Below, piece after piece: positions 25,110 to 37,349 of a stretch of DNA of 60,913 nt (position 1 is its first letter; each line of letters starts with the position of its first letter). The DNA is taken from contig NC_068989.1 of NCBI RefSeq assembly GCF_001194135.2, positions 60,420,414 through 60,481,326 of the forward strand. Reading direction: 5' to 3'. Under the pieces are notes generated by a model. The model was not told the DNA's origin and searched no databases. It saw only the letters and a program-made list of their open reading frames with translations. The DNA is from Octopus bimaculoides (taxonomy: Eukaryota). Made by a program: the position numbers and the translations under genes.

Positions 25110-25770
25110 TAATTGACCTGGTGCAATACCAGGAATTGCCCTGATATAAAAGTCGTTGTCTTGATGCAATATCAGACATTGCTCTGATATCATACCAAGC
25201 ATTACCCTTATATAATACCAGGCAATGGCTATCATGGCTTCTGGTCTTAACTGATTGGAAGTGTTTACATGTATATGTTTTGTCTTGGTGTAAAAGATTG
25301 GTTCCACGAAATATTCTGCTCCATACCACACATTTGCTTGTCAGTTGCTTGACCTTAACCAGTTCAGCATGTTCCTTAGTGGCTGACGATATGTACATCT
25401 TTGATCACGAACGAGAGTAGTGGGGGAGTACCGTAGTCATGTGTTGAGAGAGATTCTTTGGGCTTTTAATAATTCACCCCATGGAAATATGGGTGCTTCG
25501 TTCATCCTCCTTTACAGCCCTTATTCAGAGACCTATTGAACAGGATGGGCAACTTGACACGAATAAGTTCCTAACCAGGCCTAACCTGCGAGATAATGGA
25601 CTATGCTTTTTTTAATATGAGGTCGCCATATCGCACGCATATGGTTGTGATGCATGTGCCTGGTATATACTTATCAGAGACGTAGTCATGATGGGTATAT
25701 TGGGCTTTGTATATTTGTACCTCAGAGTCGCTTTGATAGCGTGCGCTGGCCTCTCACTCAATAACAATAA
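25110..25770. mobile_element. Interspersed repeat (probably a LINE UTR), flanked by AAT-like tracts on both sides
   Basis: Resembles an abundant octopus repeat ending ...CTCTCACTCAATAATAAT, recalled from memory only. The family is unassigned. Confidence 0.4.
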
Positions 25771-25780
25771 AGGAGAGGGT

Positions 25781-25855
25781 AAGTCGATTACACCGACCCC
25801 AGTGCTGAACTGGTTCTTATTTCATCGACCTCAAAAGAATGAAAGATTATGTTTT
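25781..25855 (-). mobile_element. SINE family A partial
   Basis: GTCGATTACACCGACCCCAGTG...CTGGTTCTTATTTCATCGACC body. Confidence 0.7.
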
Positions 25856-27206
25856 CTTTAGTCACCACTAAAGATTCACAAAAAGCAATGGGTACGGTAG
25901 AGGATAATACAATGTGTGACTACATAAAAAGAGGACAATACAATATGAGACTACATGAGACTAAATTTGTTTAGTATTATACCAAATATGAAGAAATCTA
26001 GATTCACATGCACTTACAAATACTGGTGAAACCAAATGATCATGTAGATACATCGGTGGATGCACACTGAATAAGTTCGGCATCGCTGAAGACATAATTT
26101 ATATGGCAGAGGTCACTCATGTAAACTTTGATGTCATATGTAAAATGAACACATCAAGTTTATTTATGTCTCGAGATTATAACGAGTCGCTCCACGTGCC
26201 AGAAATCCACTGAATTTGTCTTAAATTACACTCAAGGATCTTTGAAAATAGAAACAAATATTAGGTAATGTAGACTGAGTTCATGTATATCTAAACCGAC
26301 AAGGTTCTCAAGGAATCGTAAATCAACTCGATGAGAGTTTACTGAGGACTTAAAACATTAAGCTAATAAATACACCCCCTCCACCACAAAACAGGGAAGT
26401 TTAAGAGTTCGTTCACAGAAATGAACACCTTAGAACAATGAAACATTTAGTATTTCAATGTTATCCACTGTATTCACAACTTAGTAATCCGTACCTGTAG
26501 TAATAGCAACGACATTGAGTACTAAGTCAAAAAAGCAAAATTGCTTCTTTGGTGACTGAATTAACATTGTTTAAATCAAGTCAGCCTCACGTATTGATTT
26601 ACTGCTTAAATTTACAGACGCTACTTTAACGTAAATTTCACTGACTAGTGCAGCTGTATTGTCAACAAAATAGAGTATATATAAATATCAATAATACAGA
26701 TTGTTGTGTAAGTCTTGAACACTCATAACAACAGGATATGTAACATATTCTTGAGGCACAAAGTTATTCAGTTTTAGGTTCTGTGACCTATGCAGTATGT
26801 AATGCTTATTATATTCTAAGACTTATAAAATGTGTCTCACGGCATCACGAAAATCTCTTTCGTCTAGAGATATTTACGAAGTTATTTGAATTTGAGTAGG
26901 GAATATGAAGCCATGTTGTATGGAAGTTAGATGAAAATCCTTACAGCTGAGTGACCTTCCTTGAAGCCATGTAAATGATAATATAATATTGAATTACACA
27001 TTTTCTAAGGTGTTTTTAAAAATGAAAAGCCTAGGTGTTATTGACGTGTGTAAGAATGTATGTATGTATGTATATAATACATAAATACGTGTGAGTGTTT
27101 GTATATATATGTTTTTATGTAAGTATGTATGTACATATCTTTCATCTTTTACTTGTTTCAGTCATCAGACAGTGATATATATGTTATATATTTATATTAT
27201 TTATGC

Positions 27207-27241
<35 letters not shown>

Positions 27242-27511
27242 AGTGTATGTATTTCTATGTATATATATGCATATCTGCTTGTATATGTATATATATAATC
27301 ATATATACATATATATATGCGAGAAGAATCAAATATTATCCGCACTTTCGCCATAATATATCTTTATTATTGTCACACTGTCTTCTGTGCATGCGTGCTT
27401 ATAGCTGGTACTATTGTGGTCACGTGTTCGAAGTTTGAGCAATTGTTCTTTCTCGCTTTACAGTGTAAGCTTGCCCACTTCACTAGCAATGTGCACCAAT
27501 GAGCAGTGATC

Positions 27512-27555
27512 CGAGAAATGGTAACGGTAAACCGGTTCACCATTACCATTTCTCG
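27512..27555. other. 44-bp near-perfect palindrome
   Basis: CGAGAAATGGTAACGGTAAACC|GGTTCACCATTACCATTTCTCG, 20/22 pairs, no loop. Confidence 0.9.
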
Positions 27556-28384
27556 AGCTAGCTAAATTTTCTCGTTTGTGGTGGAGGTTGACGGGCGTCC
27601 CTTTGTGTCATTTAATGTAACTTCAGTTCACTCAGTTGGTAAAAATGAATAAGCTTGTAACGGTGCGGCGTCCCGTCTAGAGGGAAAATATATGCGCCAA
27701 GAGAACCAGAATACCGGCCTTATGATTCTATATGACACGGTAATGATCTGTATACTTTTTTTAAATCCTGTTTTGTACAGTAGTTCCGTTGCTATTTCTT
27801 ATATCGGTTTCATAATTATTCCAATTACATCAACCTCATACATGTTCTTTTCCCTCTTACGAATAAGGAAACTTATATATCCGACGTCATTCAAATTTTC
27901 TTGATTAAATAGTTTAGATAGTTCACATACATTACAGACCAAATTGGAAATACTTTAGAATAAGAAAATTGTTAGTATTAAGTATTTGTTCTTCGTTCAA
28001 TTTATGTTGATTAATTACGATCTAAAATTCTATTGTAGCATCATTTTGTGCCTGGACAACGCAGAATACATGTTTGGCATCTATCAACAGTGTCCTGGTT
28101 ATACTCTAACTGGTTCATGTAATGATACTCTAAATCAACTGACTACCCGTAGTTGCAAATTATATACTTTTAATTCCCCATTAAAATTAGATCATATACA
28201 AAGTTCCATTTTGTAAGCTGCTACCTTCGTTCTCTCTGAATGTGAAAAGTATAGTTTAACATAGTTATTGCTGAGAATTTATGCTTGCTATTATATGGAA
28301 TATGTGGTGTTCCTTCATTTTCTCTGTCAAGAGAATTGACACTTGACATTAATAATTGGTTTCGCGTTTTGGCACCATGCTAGC

Positions 28385-28500
28385 AATTTCTCCGGAGGGG
28401 CTAGGCCCATTAACTATACCCCAGTGATCAACTGGTGCTTAATATCTTATCGATCCCGAAACTATGAAAGGCAAAGTCGACTCCGGTGGCATTTGAACCC
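28385..28500 (-). mobile_element. SINE family A partial
   Basis: GAAAGGCAAAGTCGACTCCGGTGGCATTTGAAC body and B-box. Confidence 0.7.
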
Positions 28501-29518
28501 ACACTATATAAATTACTGAAAATATAATGTTTCATGAACCCCGGTGCTATTTTTATAAATTACAGAGAGAATCGTTAAAACCTTTGAAAACTGTAAGTTC
28601 AATGTTATTAATTAAAAGAGTCAACTGATATTGTACTGAAGCATCGATTAAGTGAAGATTTGTTTCACACAAAATATTTGGTATCTGCTTCGTTGTACAG
28701 TTTTTTTTAGAGAATGCTTAGAAATACCGCAGCGAAAATGTTCTGAAATATCAAATAGCTGCCTGCAAATAAACAGGGGTCAAATATTGAAACAAAAATT
28801 TGATTAAACATTAAAATTTAATATAGAAAAGAAAATAGGTTTCTTTTAAACGTTTTGCTAAGATTATTTAAAAAAAAATACCTGCAAGGTTTCGCTCTCC
28901 ATCAAAGAAAGAAAGCAAGCAACCAATAATAAAGAAACTTACATTGCAATGAAAATTTCAACAGAAAAAAAAATTTACTGATCTTCTTCAATAAATACTG
29001 TCTGACAGGTATGAGAGGCTGTCCTTTGAGGATGTTGGTTCCAAGAAGTGGGAGAAAAACTGTGTATTGGCCCGGCGTATTTTCGGTTCATACACACCAA
29101 ATGGCTGAAATCAAAATCTTTTCTCAGTAATCCTGTAATATGTGCCTGACTAAGCATGATGCCCTAGCACACTGGAAAAACTAAACACAGAAATAACGTT
29201 AGATGTCCTTTATAAATTAACCTTTAAGTATTTTAATTTTTAATTTTATCAGCCTTTCTCGAACAGAGTAACATTAATTAATTAGCTATTATAGCTATAA
29301 AATTCTCCGGAATATTCTGGATGGAGGATGACTAACTACTGAAACAGCTGTCTGCAAACATAGGCGAATCTCATGCAGAAGATATAAAATTGCATGCAGA
29401 ATTTAATAAATTACGAAATATTATTGAAAACTGTCCCGTCAAACTATCACACCCTTGGAAAAAGAAGAAAGGGACAAAAGAATACTAGAAAATGTATGTA
29501 TATTGCGTGTGCGTGTGT

Positions 29519-29556
<38 letters not shown>

Positions 29557-29871
29557 TGGGTGGTTGGTTACCGACAATGTTTTCCGCTTTGTAAGGATGT
29601 TTTATCTACAGTCTACTACTCTATCAGCGTTTATGCGTTTAAAAATAAGCTATCAACTTATTATTATCTCACAATACAAATTTCAACGCTTCTAAGACAA
29701 ACATTCGTTTGTTTACACATAAATTTCACTAAATTTGACTAGGGTGTTAAAAAACACCTACATTGCTAGAAATAAGAGCTAAACCGCTCTAATGCTATAG
29801 TTAACGCATATGAATGAAAACGTATACATTAACAGGGACTATAATCGTACGAAAAGTGCTTGATCGAGAAT

Positions 29872-29924
29872 TCTGAATACTGACACGTCAGTTTCAGCAA
29901 TTTCCGTTGCCTCATCAGTTACGG
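29872..29924 (-). ncRNA. Type I hammerhead ribozyme motif (left arm)
   Basis: Minus strand: CCGTAA-CTGATGA-GGCAA-CGGAAA-TTGCT-GAAACTGAC-GT-GTCAGT-A-TTCAGA. Intact core, 5-bp stem II, 5-6-bp stem III, GUA triplet, stem I decayed to 2 bp. Confidence 0.7.
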
Positions 29925-30116
29925 CAGCTCGACTGTTTGCCTCTTTCCGGACTCGCTTCGGCATTAGCATTCATGTTTTCGTCAACCGAATAATTGGATG
30001 ATGAAGACATAAATATATATATACATTAGCGAATCGTTAAATCAGCCAAAGATTTCGAAAATGAAAACAAGCACTTATGGTAAAGCGAGTCCGGAAAGAG
30101 CCGAACAGTCGAGCTG

Positions 30117-30169
30117 TCTTAACTGATGAGCAACTGAAATTGTTGAAACTGAAAGTGTCAGTATTAAGA
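30117..30169 (+). ncRNA. Type I hammerhead ribozyme motif (right arm)
   Basis: TCTTAA-CTGATGA-GCAA-CTGAAA-TTGTT-GAAACTGA-AAGTG-TCAGT-A-TTAAGA. Intact core, 6-bp stem I, 5-bp stem III, GUA triplet (cut predicted after 30163), stem II weakened. Confidence 0.75.
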
Positions 30170-30374
30170 ATTCTCGATCGGTACTTTTCGCAAGATTATG
30201 CACTCTGTTAGTGTATATGTTTTCGTTCATATGCGTTATCCACAGCATTAGAGCAGTTTAGTTATTATTTCTAACAATGTAGGTGTTTCCTAACACCCTA
30301 GTCACGTTTAATGACATTTGTAATTCTCTTTTTTGGTCAAACATTGCAAACTGCTGTTTATATTATACATATAT

Positions 30375-30597
30375 ATTCTGTTATTCTTTTACTTGTTTCA
30401 GTTATTTAACTGCGGCCATGTGCTGGGGCACCGCCTTTAGTCTAACAAATCTACCCCAGGACTTATTCTTTGTAGACCTAGTACTTATCTATCAGTCTGT
30501 TGCCGAACCGCTAGCTTACGGGGACGTAAACACATCAATATCGGTTCTCAAGCAATGGTGGGGAGACAAACACAGACACACAAATAAATACATACAG

Positions 30598-30600
<3 letters not shown>
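30375..30600 (-). mobile_element. SINE family B, 3' half
   Basis: Reverse complement of 30840-31023. Confidence 0.85.
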
Positions 30601-30644
<44 letters not shown>

Positions 30645-30676
30645 NNNNNNNNNNNNNNNNNNNNNNNNNNNNNNNN
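30645..30676. other. Assembly gap (N run) after (TA)n
   Basis: Ns. Confidence 1.
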
Positions 30677-31023
30677 ACAGACCAAGACAGGTTCAGTCCC
30701 ACTGCGTGGAACTTTGCACAGGTGTCTTCTACTATAGCATCGGGCCGACCAAAGCCTTGTGATTGGATTTAGTAGACGGAAACTGAAAGAAGCCCGTCGT
30801 ATATATGTATATATGTGCGTGTATATTTTTGTGTCTGTGTGTGTCCCAACATCGCTTAACATCGATGCTGGTGTGTTTACGTCCCCGTCACTTAGCGGTT
30901 CGGCAGAAGAGAACAATAGAATAAGTACTAGGCTTACAAAGAATAAGTCCTCGGGTCGATTTGCTCGACTGAAGGCGGTGCTCCAGCATGGCCGCAGTCA
31001 AAAAGACTAAAACGAATAAAAGA
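30677..31023 (+). mobile_element. tRNA-derived SINE family B (octopus-type), head cut by the gap
   Basis: B-box-like GGTTCAGTCCC, internal TA/TG tract, body CTTAGCGGTTCGGCA...GAATAAGTACTAGGCTTACAAAGAATAAGTCC...GGCGGTGCTCCAGCATGGCCGCAGTC. Confidence 0.85.
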
Positions 31024-31239
31024 AAAAGAAAAAAAAAGAATATATATGACATGGGGTTTGGAAATGGCAGTGTTTAAGTAGGTGGAAATTTCTCAGTGGG
31101 AATCATTATGGAAGACAAATTACTAGAGTGGAAGGTGTAATGGTATTGAAAACCAACCATAGGGATGGGCAAACAATCAAAGAAGACTGGTAAACAGTAC
31201 AAGGGGAGGGACGTTGCGTAAGTGCAGAGATGCGATGAA

Positions 31240-31835
31240 AGTTACAGCAAAAACACCGATGCATCCTTCACCACGAAATTGAGGGAACCATTTACTAAAG
31301 CTGCGTGTCCTTGTGGTTCCAAAGAGCGGCTATATTTTAAGAGTGCCTCCTGTCTCTCTGTGGGGATGCGTCGTCGGGAAGTTAAGACCAGTTTGTGAAG
31401 TGCATCAACAAGTGGATCGATGTTCGAAGTCGCACCGAGAAAGATTAGTCGATTAGAGAAAGCGAACGTCCAAAGGAAACAAGGCTGACCACCACCGACG
31501 AGCGAAACGATATCTTTACACCAAAAACACCCAATATCAGAGACTCTACGGCACGAACAGAACGAAGACACTGATAGCCATTCTAGTTGAGGATATGCAG
31601 GGTTAGTGCCCAATAGCGATGCCCGAAATAGTATCTTTCTGCAAGGGTAGGCTCTCGCGCCCCGGACCAGAGGTTGACATCAACAACTATCCGGCGTCCT
31701 CCTTAGTAAACAACGCTCTACTCTTAAAGCCGTTCATCTTGGAGGAGATCAAAATCACCTGCCGTTGCATGAAGTCTGCTTCTGTCGCCTGTTCAGATGG
31801 CTTCACGTCTCTTGAAGTCAAGTCCGTAGACCCTG
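31240..31835 (+). mobile_element. R2/NeSL-like retrotransposon fragment (region upstream of RT), degenerate
   Basis: QYQRLYGTNRTKTLIAILVED..G*CPIAMPEIVSFCKGRLSRP...KPFILEEIKITCRCMKSASVACSDGFT resembles the pre-RT 'Q.L...N...IL / P.T.EEI...MK.SA.G.DG.T' motifs. Confidence 0.6.
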
Positions 31836-33734
31836 TTCGTTCTCGTGCCCATGCACGTCTTCGTCCTTGTAGTCGTGGGGCACTCTCGTGCTCGTGTCCG
31901 CTCTCGCGCCCACCTCCATCCAGCCGAAAACTGTCTATTCTCTATTCTCCTAGAAACATATACATATGTGCACACACTCAAACACGCACATACACGCACA
32001 TACACGCACACCACAAAAACACACACGCACACATGTATATCTATTTGTTCATATATTTATATGTAAGTGAATGAATACATAAAGAATACTTTGTATCATA
32101 GAGTGATATTAATTAAATATAGTGACTTCATGTTTATGTAAATATTCCAGCTGTTTATTCATACTAAGTAAGTCACATCTCATGATATGTACGCATATTT
32201 TGTGTGCAAGTCGGTTAAGTTTTCATCAATGTAAATTTTCTTTTCTGATCTCCCTTTGCATTTTAATTGTTGTAAAACCAATTAGAAAGTTACCCGTTGT
32301 AATAGCTCTTGGTTTTACTACAGCTGACAATGTATTTCAATTCTGCATGATCAAGTTTCTGTTTAAGTCCATAATAATGTACTCCATATTTCCTGTCTTC
32401 TTATCTGGTATTAATGCTATGGGGATGCATTTTCGCGGTGAATAAGCTTCCAGATCAATTAGTATTAAAACCCACTCTACCACTAATTTTTTTATTTGTT
32501 TCTTGAGTTTATATATTTATTTGTCTTTATTTTTGCCACGAAATCTTTTCAGGCGTTTTCCGAAATCGTTTCACCAGTTTGTTTATGACTTAACTGAAGG
32601 TTGTCATTTTCCTCGCTTCCACATCTTTTAGTCATTGCTCAAGTTTTATCCATTATTAGCTTGGCTAATATTGAATAAAATTTTAAATAAATTCGCAAAT
32701 AAATATCTGTATAAACAGAAAAAAAAATGCATGTATAAAATCCAGCGAAAGCAAAATGTAAAGATAGAGGAATCGGTAGATAAATTAGAATGGAATGTGC
32801 ATAAATTACAATACCAATACGATTTAGCTAGAATACAAACTTAATCAGCTGAATACAAATGAGAAAACAAGATAAAAATAAAAATACAAAATATAACTGA
32901 GTATTAACTGTGGCTTGACGGTTTCTAGGCGGAGAGAAGGAATGTAAAAGAAAATAAATTATATGCATTTGATTATAGCCGGAGGAGAAGTGGCACTGAT
33001 ATTCCTTTCAGATTCTTTCAAACTGGATGCTGTAGATACAAAAGGAAAAGAAAAACAGAATAGATGAAATACTAGTTGAAAATAACTTTATGTTCCATCG
33101 ATATGCGGAAGTGGAATGGAAACTGCACCAATGTAGTCAGTTCATTTAATAAATATGCAGTAGCTTTCGTTAAACACATTTGTTGAGTACATAACTTCTT
33201 CAATGGTTGTGATTAGAATCTGTGTAGGTCAGATGCAAGACACATGCACATAGTGTAGTGGGTAAGCAAAAAAAAAAAAAACTGAGCTAATAGCGACCAA
33301 AAAAACCCACGCTATGTATCACATTCAAATATGATTGATCACGTGAACAGTAATCCCAAATAAATTCGATTCTCACTTCACAAAATTAATTCGCCACTTT
33401 TCAAACTACAGCGAAATCTTTTTTTGTGCATATTGGCTGGTTCTGTAGAAACAAGATGATCTATATTTTATTGTTATTTCGGCACAAGACCAGCATTTTC
33501 AAGTTCAGGGTTTAGTTGATGCCATCCGCCTCATTGTTTGACAAGTACTTTATATTATCAAACTTAAAGTGCTGAACGGTAAAGTTCGCCACGGTGGGAT
33601 TTAAAATCTGCACGTAAATACCTGGAACAAAAATTGCATCGCATTTTTCTAACGTTCTAAATTTTCTGCTCGCGTCAACTTTAAGGAAACAAGAATATCC
33701 AAGATAATACTAGATTATTGGTTACTAATGCGTC

Positions 33735-33915
33735 TAGCACGCTGGGATAACGCTTAGTGGCATTTCATCTGCCGCTACATTCTGAGTCCAAATTCCGCCG
33801 AGGTCGACTTTGCCTTTCGGCATCGATAAATTAAGTACCAGTCGAGTACTGAGGTCGATGTAATCGACTTACCCACTCCTTCTAAATTCCAGGTGTTGTG
33901 CCTATAGTAGAAACG
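33735..33915 (+). mobile_element. SINE family A copy with (ATT)-type tail
   Basis: AAATTCCGCCGAGGTCGACTTTGCCTTT body and GTGCCTATAGTAGAAACGATTATTAT tail. Confidence 0.8.
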
Positions 33916-34152
33916 ATTATTATATATGCACAGGGCCAAAATGCGTTACGCTATCGTGTGATTAGTTGAATGGAAAGGCGAAGAGCATGAGAGAAAGAGA
34001 GGGAGAGAAGTGGTTAACGGCGTCAGCTAAGGGGTAAGTAGTAATTATTACGTGGTTAAACAGCTAGGCGAAGGGAGTGATGTAGCGAAAGAGGGTTAGA
34101 AATAGAATCTTTAGTAGAAGGGTGATATTCTGTGATTGAGATTAAGGTATGA

Positions 34153-34190
<38 letters not shown>

Positions 34191-34517
34191 GAGAATGAGA
34201 GAAACAGAAAAAGGAGAGTGGGGAGTGACTGTATTGCCAGCAGTGCATGAAGCTGTCATAAGGTTAGTGGAAATGAGAGGAGAAAGAGAGAAATGATAAC
34301 GACGTGGTTTGTTGATGTAACAAGCAGAAAGAAAAAAAGAGAGAGAGAGAATATAAGTGTTTAGCAGAGAGAAATGTTAATTATATATCATTGAGACTGG
34401 CAAAAAAATAACATATTAATATAATTTTTTTAAATATCTTCTATTTGTCGATATGTTTACATAGCTATCTCGACTGGTTGAAAGTTGCAACATTGATGAC
34501 ATGAATATTCTCTGTAA

Positions 34518-34902
34518 TACAGGACTATTACTCAGCCCCAGAAGGAGGGACATGTCCAGCAGGTACCATTCGGCCCGTGGTGTCTTAGCACTTTTTTTTA
34601 ATTTTCAGGTGAAGCCATGGAGCTGTCGACTATAGAGCTTCGGGTGTTTGCCTACGACAATTACGCGTCAGACAAGCTTTGATACAGAGTCCGAATCGCT
34701 CTGATCAGAGAGAGTGGAGGTCAACTTTCAAGAGCGCCTTCAGAAATGCATCAATAAAAACGGTGGACGTTGTTTTGCACATTGATATTGTCAAGGGCTA
34801 CTTCAATACGAACATATTGAAGCCAATAAAATTTATTTGCAGTTTAAATTAATGATTTTGTGAATTTTTCAAAAACGTTCGTCCTCTCTGCCCCGCCCTG
34901 TA
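34518..34902 (+). mobile_element. Internally deleted Tc1/mariner-like remnant
   Basis: N-terminus-like MELSTIELRVFAYDNY followed closely by C-terminus-like NFQERLQKCINKNGG. Ends TACAGG...CCCTGTA. Confidence 0.5.
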
Positions 34903-35271
34903 TTTGTGAAGCTCTTAGATTTATAAATGAACATCTGAACTGTCGATAGAATCGTAAAGCAATGCTCCTATTACAACCTTATTCAGAAGAACTGAAAAGT
35001 ATTTTTAAATGAAAGCAATGCAGAATATACAATTTATAAAGGAGAATTAAATTTTATCGCTGTATATATTCTTACAACAATCTAAAACAAAAATTCTTAT
35101 ATTTACTGTGAAATTTCCACGGGTACTGTTAATTTCTATAAATATATTCTTAGAAAGTATGCTTCAGTCTGTTAATTTTTGAAAACTGCAATTACTTTAT
35201 ATTTTCTTGTTTAGTTCCAGAACAAAAATAATTGGTAGAGATGGGTGATAGTCACCTCCACCTCACAAAAA

Positions 35272-36073
35272 CCGAGCTTTAGGAATATTTTTTTCTCAGC
35301 GGATTCCCAGATTTTTCGATGACAGATTCCGAATATGCAAAAATCATGTTTTCAAAATGTTGAATTCCCACCCACCCAATTTTATAATTTTAAACTTATT
35401 TTCGAATTTTTTGTTTTCAATCTACGTAGAAAAATACGGAGATTAACAATATGGCAAACAAAAAATTAATTAATTTCAAATTTTATCTGAAAAACTCCAA
35501 ATTTGATCCACGCATCCCCTCGCCACCCAGCAAAAAAGGGTGCCGTGCGTACAATCTCTACAGCTCACTGAAAATGAACGGGTGAAGCAAGGGAAACAGC
35601 AGGTTTTAAATACCTGTTGTATATGTCGGTGTGTGGATGAATTTGGGAAGTATGTTAAAGTTTTTAGCAGACGTATGATAGAGAATTATATAATAACGAG
35701 TTTGCTTGTATGACAATCATTTACCTGCAAAGCGAAGAAACAAGACCGACATATATAACAGATATGTAAAACATGTTGTCTCACTTGTTTCAGCCAGCTG
35801 TGGAGATTTGCTGGGTGGCGAGGTGTGTGTGGATCAAATTTGGAGTTTTTCATATAAAATTTGAAATTAATTAATTTTTTGTTTGCCATATTGTTAATAT
35901 CCGTATTTTCCCGCGTAGATTGAAAAAAAATTCGAAACAGTTAAAATTTTAAAAATTTGTGGGGCGGAATTTAAAATTTTGAAAACCTGACTTTTTGCAT
36001 ATTCGGAATCTCCGTCATAGAAAACCTAGGAATCCGCTGAAAAGAAAAAAAAACAAATTCAATAAGCTTGCGG
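35272..36073. mobile_element. ~800-bp foldback/MITE with ~260-bp inverted arms
   Basis: 35272-35534 is inverted to 35807-36073 (for example CAATATGGCAAACAAAAAATTAATTAATTTCAAATTTTAT appears on both strands). Weaker symmetry continues inward. Confidence 0.88.
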
Positions 36074-37349
36074 TGGTATAACTCGTTCAGCTCCACCTAA
36101 TAATTTTCTTAGAAAATGTGTTTGGAATAAATTGTCATTGCTATCAACTTTCTAATATTTTTGTAAAAATATCGTAAGTAAACAAATTGTAAAATTTTCC
36201 TAACATAATTTTCATTACAGAGAACTACCACACGACTAGACGTACATAATATTGTTCAAAACGTTAACCTATTCTACATTTAAAAAATAATTACTCCTTT
36301 GTTTCACGTGTGGTAGGGACAAGGTAAGGAATAACAATTTCTTCATGCATTTACTCAATAACCACGTTTCAGATGCATTTCTTTTTTTTAGTGGAACCCA
36401 ATAATCGAAGCCTACATCTGGCAAAGAATTATATAAATTAGTCAGTTCGGTTGTAATATGTTTGACATGATTTAGCATTTTCCAGAGGTACCTTTATTCG
36501 TTTTATTACTGAGTCAACAAATGACAAATTATAATATTACGGATTAAAAAGATGAAATATATATATGAACCGTTCAAAACGTTTAGAACGAATTTCATAA
36601 AGCGATAAAATAATTTTGTTGATATGGAATTGGGGAAAAAATAAGCTGAATTAGACATAAAGGTAAACTTACTGTGACTTCATATCTAATGCAATATTTT
36701 TTGATACTGTGATCGGGGGGCACCTAACAGCGTCTAACTGGTATGAATTCCAATTAAATTTAGTGTATCGTTAACGTATCACTACTGTAGCGTTGGAGTT
36801 CTTGTAGCTGAATTTATTATTGTTACAGTCAACTCATTTTAATTCTCCTATGCAATTTTGCGAATTAGCAACTGCTATTTAAAGTCAACACAAATGTATG
36901 TTTGTCACAAAATATTCATAGTGTAAATGTACTAAGGCAACTTAACTTATTCTGTTTTACAAGTTGCGATATTTTAAAATCCGTTTATTCATATCCGATT
37001 TTGCATCCAATGGGTTTCAAATATTTGTTTCTTTACTATTTTAATAAATTACCTCCGTTTCCGATAATTGAAATATGCTAATAATCATACTTGTCGCTAA
37101 GTTTCGCGATATTCATTTGTGTCAAATTTTTTGTAAGATATTTCATAAGATCTCACGTTTCGAAAATTCATAGTTGCAATTACAACTATTTTGTTATTCT
37201 TTTCTTAAAAGATTCTGTATTTCATAATTTCTAATATTCTCTTTCAATACAGTAGAATTTCTTTTCATTTGGTATTTATGTCAGTTTTGATTTTAATGTC
37301 ACTACTTACATTTACACAATTTTACAAATAATCATGATGACAGCAATAA

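Larger units (their letters stand above)
29727..30313. mobile_element. Foldback element with ~220-bp inverted arms, each carrying a hammerhead (Penelope pseudo-LTR or retrozyme-like)
   Basis: 29736-29958 is the reverse complement of 30083-30304 (about 80-85% by eye), with a ~125-bp spacer. Confidence 0.85.

Noticed and set aside
31860-31885. DYKDEDV (FLAG-tag-like) on the minus strand
   Set aside because: A short chance match with no vector context.
32200-32480. Possible LINE APE endonuclease relic on the minus strand (AITTGNF resembling IxGDFN)
   Set aside because: Only one weak motif, too decayed to call.
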